DNA from: a virus | Taxonomy: Duplodnaviria > Caudoviricetes | Strand: one strand, 5' to 3' | Virus record (IMG/VR): IMGVR_UViG_3300047283_000054 | Length of the DNA stretch: 64,000 nt | Shown: one piece after another, positions 18,972 to 28,163 of the stretch | Layout: each line of letters begins with the position of its first letter | How positions within the stretch are numbered: the stretch's first letter is position 1 | Notes under the pieces: generated by a model | What the model was told of the DNA's origin: nothing | Seen by the model: only the letters and a program-made list of their open reading frames with translations | The model's database searches: none | Made by a program: the position numbers and the translations under genes

Positions 18972-20887
18972 TTTTGCTGAGCCTGTTGTATACGTTGTTG
19001 AAACTTAGCTTCTTCATCCGCAGTAGGTAGTCCTGCTTTAGCACCTTTAATCTTTGGCATTGTTACTGTATTGTTTTTTGCTGGGGTTACTTGTTTCTTG
19101 CTAGTAGGTGGTGTTTTGGTTAATTGTGTTTGTAAGCTTTTCAATACAGCTTGTTTTTGTCTAGTAGATAAACCTTGCATTAACTTGGTGATTTGTGCGA
19201 CAGTCATCTTAGCTTGTTGTGTTGAAGCTTGAGCCGCTTGCGGTGTAGTATTTGTTGTCGCCGCGGCTGATGCAGATGATGGGGTCGCTCCAGTTTGACC
19301 AGAAGCAGTTGTTGCCTGTTGTGGATCTTTTTCAGCTTGTGCGTGGGAAACAGACCAACCCAAATCAGCTAATTTAGGTAATGTTGTCTTACCTTTATCC
19401 TTAGCATAGTTTTGTTCTAACTCTTTAGCCAATGATGCTACTTGAGTCATTACTGACGGGTCACTGATGTTCACACCCTTCATAAACTGTTTGAAGAAGT
19501 TAGTGACATATTGACTAATAGATTGTTTGCTTTGTTGTTGATTAGCTTGACCAACTACTTTACCACCGGGTGAAAGTGTTTGTCCCATTGTAGCTTCAGC
19601 TAAAATAGTTTCAAAGATATAGTTTAGTTTATCAAAACGAGTAGATTCAGCTACCTTGCCTTTTGGCTTTCTGTTGCGCTTAGGCATCTGAACTGTATTG
19701 TCAGGCTTGATATCATTAAGGTTATCATCTAACCCTGCCTGTGCCATCATACCTGCAAGTTTAGGGTTCTTTTGTTTCATCTTGTCAAGTGCGGCTCGTT
19801 CAGCATCATCGCCTGTAGATATATTCGGGGTCGTTGCTTGTGGAACTTCAGGCATATTACGTTGTGCGGCAATATTGTTCATATTTGCTGCCATATCGTC
19901 ATTGCTCTTTGCTTGCGCTTGACTTGCGGCTGCATCAGCTTTTTGTTTTTCAACACTGGCTGCCGCTGATTTATCTAACTCTTTTTGATATTCAGGTGTA
20001 GCTTTACCGGTAACTCCATCATATTTACCATTAGGATATCTAGGATCAACTTGTTTAGGTGCAGCCATCTGCTGTTGTGCAGTTTGAGTTGCAGTTGTTT
20101 GCTGTTGTTGTCTTACATTATCAGCACTCTTATTAAACTGGTCTGCAGGTAATTTACTTACAGGGTTCATTTGTCCTTGAGCGGCTGTAGTAGCCTGACC
20201 TTGTTGTGCCTGTCTTACGTTGCTTGCTGATTTTGCAAACTGGTCTGCCGGTAACTTACTCATAGGATTCATTTGACCCTGTGCTGTTGTAGCTGCCTGA
20301 CCTTGTTTCTGTTGTCTTAGATTGCCCGCTTGAACTGCGGCTTGATTAGCAGGTAACTTACTGAATGGTCCATTATTGGCCATTTGCTGTTGTGCTACAC
20401 CTGTTGCGGCAGCTTGTTTTTCTTGTCTAATCTGTTCTGGTGATTTCTTAGCAGTTAGCTGATTAGCCATTTGTCCAAAAGCATTTGCACCTGCTGTATT
20501 GGCTGCACCACGTTTCTGTACAGGAGTAGGAGAAACATTTTTTCCTGCTTTAGGATTAACTTGTGTTGTTGGATTAGTTACTGGATTAGTTACCGGATTC
20601 TTTGCTGGATTGTTTCCAAAGTTAGTACCAATATTTGCACCCGATGTTTTACCACCGGCTGCAGGATCAACTAACCCGCTATTAATCGCACTTTGCAATC
20701 CACTAAAAGCACGACTTGTGAAATTCTTAGTAAATTCATCTTTAGCCATTTGGTCCGTAGTACTTAATACATTCTTGCCCCCTAATGAGCCTAAGCCTGA
20801 TCTCACGGCAGCAGATCCATAATCTCCTAAAAATGAACTTAAATCTAGTTCATTTAGTTTTGCTTTTTTAAATTCATTCAGCTTCAC
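18968..20887 (-). CDS. Gln/Ala-rich low-complexity protein with internal repeats, probable internal head protein
   Basis: MKLNEFKKAKLNE N-terminus; about 34-aa QGQMNPxSKLPADQF repeats. Confidence 0.6.
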   Translation of the reverse strand: MKLNEFKKAKLNELDLSSFLGDYGSAAVRSGLGSLGGKNVLSTTDQMAKDEFTKNFTSRAFSGLQSAINSGLVDPAAGGKTSGANIGTNFGNNPAKNPVTNPVTNPTTQVNPKAGKNVSPTPVQKRGAANTAGANAFGQMANQLTAKKSPEQIRQEKQAAATGVAQQQMANNGPFSKLPANQAAVQAGNLRQQKQGQAATTAQGQMNPMSKLPADQFAKSASNVRQAQQGQATTAAQGQMNPVSKLPADQFNKSADNVRQQQQTTATQTAQQQMAAPKQVDPRYPNGKYDGVTGKATPEYQKELDKSAAASVEKQKADAAASQAQAKSNDDMAANMNNIAAQRNMPEVPQATTPNISTGDDAERAALDKMKQKNPKLAGMMAQAGLDDNLNDIKPDNTVQMPKRNRKPKGKVAESTRFDKLNYIFETILAEATMGQTLSPGGKVVGQANQQQSKQSISQYVTNFFKQFMKGVNISDPSVMTQVASLAKELEQNYAKDKGKTTLPKLADLGWSVSHAQAEKDPQQATTASGQTGATPSSASAAATTNTTPQAAQASTQQAKMTVAQITKLMQGLSTRQKQAVLKSLQTQLTKTPPTSKKQVTPAKNNTVTMPKIKGAKAGLPTADEEAKFQQRIQQAQQK

Positions 20888-21122
20888 GGTTTTTCCTTAA
20901 TGACTTGGAAAACTTTGCTTGGTCCTTGCTCTTTATAGCACCTAACAGTTTACGCTCTAAAATAGCGGCTTGTTCAGGACTATAGTTACGATTAATCATT
21001 TCTATTAGATTGATAGCACTTGTGATAATATTATGGCCACGACTCTCAATAATGTGAGTCGTGTCCCTATTATTACCAATAGCTTCTAATTCCTCTAGTA
21101 GACTGCGAGTTTGTTTTTGCAT
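20874..21122 (-). CDS. Hypothetical late protein
   Basis: ORF preceded by GATAAATA and SD AGGA. Confidence 0.65.
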   Translation of the reverse strand: MQKQTRSLLEELEAIGNNRDTTHIIESRGHNIITSAINLIEMINRNYSPEQAAILERKLLGAIKSKDQAKFSKSLRKNREAE

Positions 21123-21129
21123 ATTAGTT

Positions 21130-21157
21130 TCCTAATAGTATTTATCTACTTTTAGGA
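21130..21157 (-). promoter_or_regulatory. Late promoter GATAAATA in the loop of a hairpin covering the SD of the 21122 gene
   Basis: Minus strand TCCTAAAAGTA-GATAAA-TACTATTAGGA (10 of 11 pairs). Confidence 0.7.
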
Positions 21158-21158
21158 T

Positions 21159-22601
21159 TTATTTCTTTAAACTGTTTAACATTGCTTTTAGCTTAGAACC
21201 CTGTACATCTGCTACAATACGCTTGTTTTCCGGCTCTAATATCTCTCCTGTAGCTTGGTCAATAATAGGCTCAGTAGACTGTAACGTACTTTGCGGCTTC
21301 AATTGACTCATAATCTGATTTGCGCTAGGTTTAGGAGAATAGCTATTCTCATTGTCAGGATCGCTGTCACTAATACGCATAGTTTCAATATCATAGTCTA
21401 AATCAATCTTTTGTCCTACACCCGTACTACTACGACTTTTCATACACTGAATCTGATACTTGCCTCGTTCACGCATACTACGACTTGTGAAGATACCAAA
21501 CACGTTATCAGCAGTATTAATCTTACTGATACCACCTGCAATGTGACTATGGTCAAACTCAATTTCATCAACAGCACTACGATTCAACTGTGATGCAGTT
21601 ACCATTAAGATGCCCATCTCTTTTGCAAGATTACGCAATTCTTCAGCAACATACTTGTCTTTAATAAACTGGTCGTTAGGATTAACTTTAACAGAGACAG
21701 GCATAACCAAGTCTAAGTAATCAACCATAACAAAGTCAATCTTAATACCTGTTTGAATCTGTACTTCTTTTAAATAAGCACGAATATCATTTACATTACT
21801 CTGTGCAGGTAGTGCTTTAACACGATATTGACCAGACTTCTTACCAACCATTTTAACTTTCAAACTAGTTGTATCAATATCTTTACGAATTGATTTAGTT
21901 CCCATTTGTGTTAACATCGCATCAGTTCGTAAACTTGTAAGTTCTTCACTAAGTTCAAGTGTGATATAGACACCACTCATTCCTTGTTGCAACCAGTTCA
22001 ACGCAATGTTCATCATAACAAGTGATTTACCTGAACCTGAGCCACCTGCAAAGATGTTCAATTCACCTCGACTGAAGCCACCATATAAGATACGATCCAT
22101 TTGCGGCCAGCCTGTTGAAACTTGTCCACCACTATTAAAGTATTTGTTAATACGAGCTGCCGGATCATAAAAATAATCTGTACCCATATCTTTCTGCAAA
22201 CTAATTTGTACTGCGTCTTTGATTAGTTTTTCAACAGGATCAAAATCACCCTTCTCTAACAAGTCAGCGGCTTTAAGAATAGCTCGTTCTAGTTCTTGTC
22301 GTTTAGTAAACGCTTCAAACTCATCCAAGAACCAATCAAATTGATTAGGACTAAAGTTAGGAATGATATCAATATCTTGTCCAGTGATTGCCTTAATCTG
22401 TGTGGGATCGGGCAAGATACTATATTTTGTAGTATGTTCTTTATATAAGTTTGCAACTGGCCTTAATGACCTGTCAAAGTTTTCACTGTTTAATATGTTC
22501 ATAACTCTGGTATAGAGTTCTGCCTCAGTAATCATTATACGCAAAAATATCTTTTGCACTTCAACACTATAATCTTTTTTATTTTCGTAATCTTTTTTCA
22601 A
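21159..22601 (-). CDS. Replicative DnaB-like helicase (T4 gp41-like)
   Basis: AGGSGSGKS Walker A, ITLELSE, MVDYLD, TASQLNR and KSR motifs. Confidence 0.92.
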   Translation of the reverse strand: MKKDYENKKDYSVEVQKIFLRIMITEAELYTRVMNILNSENFDRSLRPVANLYKEHTTKYSILPDPTQIKAITGQDIDIIPNFSPNQFDWFLDEFEAFTKRQELERAILKAADLLEKGDFDPVEKLIKDAVQISLQKDMGTDYFYDPAARINKYFNSGGQVSTGWPQMDRILYGGFSRGELNIFAGGSGSGKSLVMMNIALNWLQQGMSGVYITLELSEELTSLRTDAMLTQMGTKSIRKDIDTTSLKVKMVGKKSGQYRVKALPAQSNVNDIRAYLKEVQIQTGIKIDFVMVDYLDLVMPVSVKVNPNDQFIKDKYVAEELRNLAKEMGILMVTASQLNRSAVDEIEFDHSHIAGGISKINTADNVFGIFTSRSMRERGKYQIQCMKSRSSTGVGQKIDLDYDIETMRISDSDPDNENSYSPKPSANQIMSQLKPQSTLQSTEPIIDQATGEILEPENKRIVADVQGSKLKAMLNSLKK

Positions 22602-23559
22602 TTTTCTTCCTCTGTAGTTCTATTTTGATTTTACTAGTTGTCGCACTACTCAATATACTGAGTAATGTAGGCAACTTACCATACTTAACTACCGCGTCAT
22701 TTACATCTTTAACATCGTCTTCCCAATTAGGAATACTTACACTATAGCCCAACTCTAATGCTCTATCACAAGTTTCTAAACCTGTACTATCTCTATCGGG
22801 AATAAAGATAATACGTTTATTAAGTTGTGCTAGAATCTGTGCTTGGTCATCGTTGATTGTATTATGTGTTAACGCACAAGCATTTAAGCTTAATGCGTCA
22901 AAGATACCTTCAACTAACAAACATACTTCCCAATCGGGTTTCTGAAAGTCATAACCAAATACATAGCCTGGTTGTTGCTCGTTAATATACTTTGGGATTT
23001 TGTTATCTAAGAATCTGCTCGTATGCCCAACAATCTTATTGTTATAAGTGTAGGGTATAATGATTCTGTTTGACTGTCTGCCAGTGTCATTAGGTGTTAC
23101 TAAGAACGGGTAGTCATTATAATTTATCGACCTCGCAGACAGATAATCAACGTATACTTTGTGTAATGAGTTATTAATATCGATTAACTCACCTTCAGGC
23201 AATGTATGTTCTTTAAATTTTATTTTTGATTTTTGTTTTTTAAGATTAGTAAAGTCTAACAAATCTTTATGTTGTAAACTTTCTAAACTCCACTTTTGTA
23301 TTTGAGTAGGATCAATACCTGACCACAACAATATATTTTTTGTATTTTGGGTAATACTTTTACCCAACATAAACCCACACTTAAACCCACAATTAAAGCA
23401 ATGATATGACCAATTGTTTTGCCCATCAAATTTAATACCACCACGACCACGTGTATCAGTTTTATGCCCGCGACGGCTACAGCAGATAGCATTAAAACTA
23501 TGCCATCCGCCGTGCGTGAGTTTTTTCTTTCCGGGAATTACTGATAGGATATCAAACAT
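22579..23559 (-). CDS. DNA primase (T4 gp61-like)
   Basis: Zn-ribbon YHCFNCG, RIIIP, TOPRIM VEGIFDA, PDRD and KDVND. Confidence 0.9.
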   Translation of the reverse strand: MFDILSVIPGKKKLTHGGWHSFNAICCSRRGHKTDTRGRGGIKFDGQNNWSYHCFNCGFKCGFMLGKSITQNTKNILLWSGIDPTQIQKWSLESLQHKDLLDFTNLKKQKSKIKFKEHTLPEGELIDINNSLHKVYVDYLSARSINYNDYPFLVTPNDTGRQSNRIIIPYTYNNKIVGHTSRFLDNKIPKYINEQQPGYVFGYDFQKPDWEVCLLVEGIFDALSLNACALTHNTINDDQAQILAQLNKRIIFIPDRDSTGLETCDRALELGYSVSIPNWEDDVKDVNDAVVKYGKLPTLLSILSSATTSKIKIELQRKKIEKRLRK

Positions 23560-23607
23560 CTATGTAGTATAACACAACTGTCATAGATAAACAACAGTTT
23601 AGGTTGA

Positions 23608-24375
23608 TTATCTTGACAATATATTAGTTACTGCACCGTTATTGCTTTCAAATTGCATTCTAATATAAGGGTGATAACCTTGAACAACATAACCTTTTGT
23701 ATCAGTTTCAGCGGTATAAGTATCGGTCAATATAGGATACCAATCACCATCTACAATCGTAGAACCTTCAACCACAACGTTGCCATAGTAATCACTATAT
23801 TGTGCTTGTAGTGTTAGTATTGGGCTATCATTGGTATCTATTACGCTTGTGTAATACGTGATATTGCTTTCACCGTTACCATCAGGGTGTAAGTTAGGGA
23901 AGTCTTGTCCAGTTGGAATACTTACTGGCATTGATGGAACAAAGCTAGGTAATACACTATTAACGATATTCATATCACCACGTGCGCCTGCATTTTGGTC
24001 TACGAACACAGGGTAATCAAATTCTCCTACAGGAATCTCCAATGAATAATAACATTTCTGTGCATCAAGACTTGCTAAGTCAGCAGAATTTAAAAGTAAT
24101 GCGGCAATACCAGTTGCAGGTAATTGCAGAGTTAGTGCCTTTTGTAATAGGACCACATTACCTTCATAATTAATAATCCTACAGACTATTGATTTCCCTG
24201 TAATATCTACGGGTTTTTGTTCTTGGTTTAAGAACTGAAATTGAATTTGGTTATCTACACCCTTATTAAGTGTGAGTGGCTTGGCATACTGAGGCATATA
24301 GCTCCTTGGGGAAAATCCTGATAAAAGTATAACGATTTGTCTTTGTGTATAGACGAAAACTTGAGTTGAGTACAT
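23608..24375 (-). CDS. Hypothetical structural protein (BppU-like N-terminal domain)
   Basis: KGVDNQIQFQFLN...KPVDITGK; Met at 24375 lies 5 nt after GATAAATA. Confidence 0.5.
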   Translation of the reverse strand: MYSTQVFVYTQRQIVILLSGFSPRSYMPQYAKPLTLNKGVDNQIQFQFLNQEQKPVDITGKSIVCRIINYEGNVVLLQKALTLQLPATGIAALLLNSADLASLDAQKCYYSLEIPVGEFDYPVFVDQNAGARGDMNIVNSVLPSFVPSMPVSIPTGQDFPNLHPDGNGESNITYYTSVIDTNDSPILTLQAQYSDYYGNVVVEGSTIVDGDWYPILTDTYTAETDTKGYVVQGYHPYIRMQFESNNGAVTNILSR

Positions 24376-24379
24376 ACTG

Positions 24380-24422
24380 ATATTTATCAAAATATATTGC
24401 CATATCGTCCGATGATAAATAT
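24380..24422. promoter_or_regulatory. Divergent pair of late promoters
   Basis: ATATTTATCA (24380-24389) and TGATAAATAT (24413-24422) back to back between divergent genes. Confidence 0.65.
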
Positions 24423-24441
24423 TTCGGTCAATATAATAACA

Positions 24442-24822
24442 ATGATATCAAACGAATTTTTCAATAAACTAACAACAAATCACCCGTTCATAACTATATG
24501 TTCATACGCCAACCAAGATTATGTTGGAATAGTTCAAAATAGGGATGAGATAGTCACCACTATATACGATTACGGGTCTATAATGGAGTCTAGTATTAGA
24601 GAAAAATTCCTAGAATTAGGTGATATTTGGTGGTGGGAAAGTAACAGACTTATCCCAATCAACCTCTTTTTAAAAGAAGAATGGTCTATCTTTAAACCAT
24701 ATCTCAGAACCTTCAATAATAAAAGTTTAACAGTAATACACGGCCCTACGTGTAGTATGTCTGAACTAAACAAACGTAGAAGTAAACGCCGTAGTATTAC
24801 ACTAGTAAAAAGAATAGTTTAA
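24442..24822 (+). CDS. Hypothetical phage protein
   Basis: ORF downstream of the late promoter; WWWESNR motif. Confidence 0.6.
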   Translation: MISNEFFNKLTTNHPFITICSYANQDYVGIVQNRDEIVTTIYDYGSIMESSIREKFLELGDIWWWESNRLIPINLFLKEEWSIFKPYLRTFNNKSLTVIHGPTCSMSELNKRRSKRRSITLVKRIV

Positions 24823-25391
24823 CTCTGTTCTTCTAACAAATTCATATGTACCACTACTAAATGTGCATATGCAACTGCGTGACTCTTTTTAAAACTGTAC
24901 CCGTCAGTATTCTTATCCCAAATTGATTTAGATATATCAGCCCAAGATTGACCTATCAAATGTCGTTTAGCAGGGCGAATTAATGCTAAGAACATTGCTA
25001 ATCTAGGAATGCTATCAACTGAGCTGGGCATCTTCTGTAGTGACTGATAATGATTACCCAAGTGAATCAATTTCTCTACAAATTCTCTTTTATTTAAGTT
25101 ACCCCAATTAGGCTCACGCATCAATGTTGCTAAATGTAGCTCATCACGAACCTGCGAATAAACGTGAACATTCAATAAATCTAGTTTGAAATATCCTCGT
25201 TGTTCTGCTTCAACATAGTCAATAGCTGCCATATCATTTACTGGATCATATGGTATGTCAGTAATATATACACCAGTAGCGTGTTTACGCATTGGATTAG
25301 CATTACGCATAGAGGCAGCTGTATGTTTTATAAGTTGTAATAACTTATCTCTATCACCAAAGTCAATGTCAATGTCTGAATCAATTCTCAT
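24819..25391 (-). CDS. Minimal DNA polymerase III alpha (DnaE)-like catalytic core
   Basis: DIDIDF, KHATGVYI, GYFKLDLLN, LALIRP and GYSFKKSHAVAYA motifs, in DnaE order, within 190 aa. Confidence 0.8.
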   Translation of the reverse strand: MRIDSDIDIDFGDRDKLLQLIKHTAASMRNANPMRKHATGVYITDIPYDPVNDMAAIDYVEAEQRGYFKLDLLNVHVYSQVRDELHLATLMREPNWGNLNKREFVEKLIHLGNHYQSLQKMPSSVDSIPRLAMFLALIRPAKRHLIGQSWADISKSIWDKNTDGYSFKKSHAVAYAHLVVVHMNLLEEQS

Positions 25392-25942
25392 CTTGGGGGA
25401 GGTACCAGTTCTGCTTTAATTAATTTAGTATACGCTTTTTGCACAACAATAGCTTGTCTTTCGGCATCTTCAACTGCCTTGTGACTAGTTACGTGACCAC
25501 CGTCTTTAAGACTTACTCCAGTTATTTCATACAAGGTACGTGTATCTCTAACGGTGTAGAAAGGCCAGGGGATTCGCATTTCGAGATTTCTCCAGGCCGA
25601 CTCTGCCACAACCACATCGAATGATGCACCATTACTCCAAACAGCACGGCGATTCCAACAAAACTTATAAAGTATTTCCATACACTCTCTAAATGGAATT
25701 CTGCCATTTTCTCCCATAGCCTCTTCAAGTGCTTCAGGGCTTTGCTCACTCCACCATCGTAATGTATCTTCATTGATACTCCTATTATAAATTTCTGTTT
25801 GTTCTTCGATTGTAGGTCGCAACTCCAATCGCTCAATAACCCCGCTGCCTTTAGGATCAAATCTTACTGCACCAATAGTTAGTATAACACAATCAGGACT
25901 TGTGTCAAGCGTTTCCATATCAATCATTACATCGTTTGCCAT
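25388..25942 (-). CDS. DEDDh 3'-5' exonuclease (DexA/Rv2179c-like)
   Basis: MIDMETL, WSNGASFD, RDTRT and HKAVEDA motifs. Confidence 0.85.
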   Translation of the reverse strand: MANDVMIDMETLDTSPDCVILTIGAVRFDPKGSGVIERLELRPTIEEQTEIYNRSINEDTLRWWSEQSPEALEEAMGENGRIPFRECMEILYKFCWNRRAVWSNGASFDVVVAESAWRNLEMRIPWPFYTVRDTRTLYEITGVSLKDGGHVTSHKAVEDAERQAIVVQKAYTKLIKAELVPPPR

Positions 25943-26778
25943 AATAATGCCGCTCCTATTACACCTGCACTGTCACCCAATTTTGCTTTAAAGATAGGTG
26001 TACTAAATTCATCATTGAATATAATCTTTTTCACACGTTCAATACCTCGGGTGTATAAGATATCATTATTGCTTACTCCACCACCAATTACAATACAATC
26101 TGGGTCTAACACTTGAACTAAATTAGCAATGGCTAATCCAAACTGTTCTAAGAAAGATTCTTGTATCTCCGAAATTTGTAAATATTCTTTTGTGGATATT
26201 TTTTTATTTGTAATATTAAATGCCCATTTACCTATCCCCGAGCCGCTTAACCAAGTTTCTACACATCCGATTCTACCGCATCGACACATTATATTATTAC
26301 TTGTATCTAGTGTTGTATGTCCCCATTCAGTGCTTATATTATGAAATCCCTTATGTAATACATTATTAATTACGATTCCTCCACCTACCCCTGTACCCAA
26401 TATCATTCCAAATACAGTATTATATCCTTTGCCTGCACCCAACAGTGCTTCTGCTAAAGCAAAACATTGGCTATCGTTTGCAATTTGTATCTTACGATTT
26501 AATTTAGTTTCCAATATACCTACAAAATCCGTATCATTTAAAAATTCTATGCTGGAATTTTTCATTAAACCTGTTCTATTGCTTATAGAACCCGGCATAC
26601 ATACTCCTAATGTATGTTCTTTTGTATTAGTATATGATGATGCTTTATTATAAAGAAATTCTATTTCTTCATATACAGATTCTGTGAGAAGGCGTTCTCT
26701 AAATAATACTTCATTAGTAGGTGATAATACACAACACTCAATTTTTGTTTTACCAATATCAACCCCAATCTTATTCAT
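25927..26778 (-). CDS. ROK-family sugar kinase
   Basis: GVDIGKTKI, NDSQCFALAE, GTGVGGG, EWGH and CRCGRIGCVE Zn motif. Confidence 0.9.
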   Translation of the reverse strand: MNKIGVDIGKTKIECCVLSPTNEVLFRERLLTESVYEEIEFLYNKASSYTNTKEHTLGVCMPGSISNRTGLMKNSSIEFLNDTDFVGILETKLNRKIQIANDSQCFALAEALLGAGKGYNTVFGMILGTGVGGGIVINNVLHKGFHNISTEWGHTTLDTSNNIMCRCGRIGCVETWLSGSGIGKWAFNITNKKISTKEYLQISEIQESFLEQFGLAIANLVQVLDPDCIVIGGGVSNNDILYTRGIERVKKIIFNDEFSTPIFKAKLGDSAGVIGAALLWQTM

Positions 26779-27128
26779 AATTGTAATGTTTTCCAAATAT
26801 ATTTCTTCTCTAAGTAATCTTGTAACTTCAATGCTTCTATTTCACTATTAAAAGCTACACCTTTAATCTCATACATATCTTCTAGGTATCTAGCGTAATC
26901 ACCATTGATATCTTGTGCCCAAGTATGCAATGTTATCCACATAATATCCATTTCGCTAAGATATCCAGGCGTTATTCCAATACCAACTTCGTAACTACCG
27001 ATATCTTCAAATAGTACATCTAACAGTTTTTTCTTAATATCAAACGTTTGAATGTTACCCCATTTAGGCCATGATACTAGAAATTTACCTTTTTGTAAAT
27101 ATGTTATGGGAAAGGGAGTAGTGTTCAT
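26775..27128 (-). CDS. Small hypothetical protein (divergent member of the small-gene array)
   Basis: Coupled ORF; AFNSEIEALKL resembles the array motif. Confidence 0.55.
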   Translation of the reverse strand: MNTTPFPITYLQKGKFLVSWPKWGNIQTFDIKKKLLDVLFEDIGSYEVGIGITPGYLSEMDIMWITLHTWAQDINGDYARYLEDMYEIKGVAFNSEIEALKLQDYLEKKYIWKTLQL

Positions 27129-27400
27129 TGGAATTTTAATAAAAATATTAGGTACTTTTTTTCATTAACAATCTCATAACCATCTGTTATGTTACCATTA
27201 ACTATGTTCATCTTTAAGCCATATTGTCCTATAAGGTAATCTTCAAAGTCATATGCATCAAACTCTTTATTCTGTTCCATATATTCTTTACGAACTTTCT
27301 TCAATGCTTCCCAATAGTTCCAACGATTTCTTCGTTTATCTATTTCTGGATCATCGTCATCGTAGTCCTGTATGTGAGGTATTGATGCCATCAACTCCAC
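27125..27400 (-). CDS. Small hypothetical protein, array member
   Basis: Ends YEIVNEKKYLIFLLKFQ. Confidence 0.65.
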   Translation of the reverse strand: MELMASIPHIQDYDDDDPEIDKRRNRWNYWEALKKVRKEYMEQNKEFDAYDFEDYLIGQYGLKMNIVNGNITDGYEIVNEKKYLIFLLKFQ

Positions 27401-27648
27401 CTCAACGTGAACATAATGTAATCTCGTTCATATCTAAACTTGAAGCTTACTCTATTTGTATCAGTAACACACCATCTACTATGTCGCCTGTATTTGCCTA
27501 CATTGTTTACTAACCATTGTGTCATCTCATTGTATTTGTCAATATTTTCTGCTCTAACTGAACATTCATACCAGCCAGGTTGAGTATGTTCCCATCCACG
27601 CTCATAGTCATAATGTTCATCTATTACTGCCATCTTAGTAGAAACCAT
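27391..27648 (-). CDS. Small hypothetical protein, array member
   Basis: Ends FKFRYERDYIMFTLRWS. Confidence 0.7.
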   Translation of the reverse strand: MVSTKMAVIDEHYDYERGWEHTQPGWYECSVRAENIDKYNEMTQWLVNNVGKYRRHSRWCVTDTNRVSFKFRYERDYIMFTLRWS

Positions 27649-27947
27649 TCTAAATCTTTTTTGTCACGAAACCAAAACTTAGAATTATTCATATACCATC
27701 GCATATTAGGTGTCCATACTCCGTCGTGTGAGGTAGGTCCAAATGTTTCAACCATCCATGCTTCCATTTCTTTCCATTTAGTACCAATGAGTGGTTGTGC
27801 AGTCGAATACTCTTGACCATAAACTTTACCTTCGCTAAACTCAAATGCCATCCATCCCAGTGCAGACATTAAAACTAGTGTATCAATATCTTTAGCCATC
27901 TGATCAGCCACTTGATTAACAATTTCTTCTGTTATATTCATCCCCAC
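27624..27947 (-). CDS. Small hypothetical protein, array member
   Basis: Ends FWFRDKKDLEWFLLRWQ. Confidence 0.7.
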   Translation of the reverse strand: MGMNITEEIVNQVADQMAKDIDTLVLMSALGWMAFEFSEGKVYGQEYSTAQPLIGTKWKEMEAWMVETFGPTSHDGVWTPNMRWYMNNSKFWFRDKKDLEWFLLRWQ

Positions 27948-28162
27948 CTCAACATAAAATAACTAGCATTACTATCATTGTAAAAAGTAAACACAGTATG
28001 CTTCTCTAATTCTGGTTCCCAATTAGATCCGCTAAAGCTGTCATAGATTGGTTTATGATAAGCAAAATCAAAATCTTTACCCATGAACCAACCGTGACGT
28101 TTTAACTCATTAACTATTTCCAAGGTTCTATTAACATCAATATATAATGTTATTTGTTGCAC
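27938..28162 (-). CDS. Small hypothetical protein, array member
   Basis: Ends FTFYNDSNASYFMLRWG. Confidence 0.7.
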   Translation of the reverse strand: MQQITLYIDVNRTLEIVNELKRHGWFMGKDFDFAYHKPIYDSFSGSNWEPELEKHTVFTFYNDSNASYFMLRWG

Positions 28163-28163
28163 T

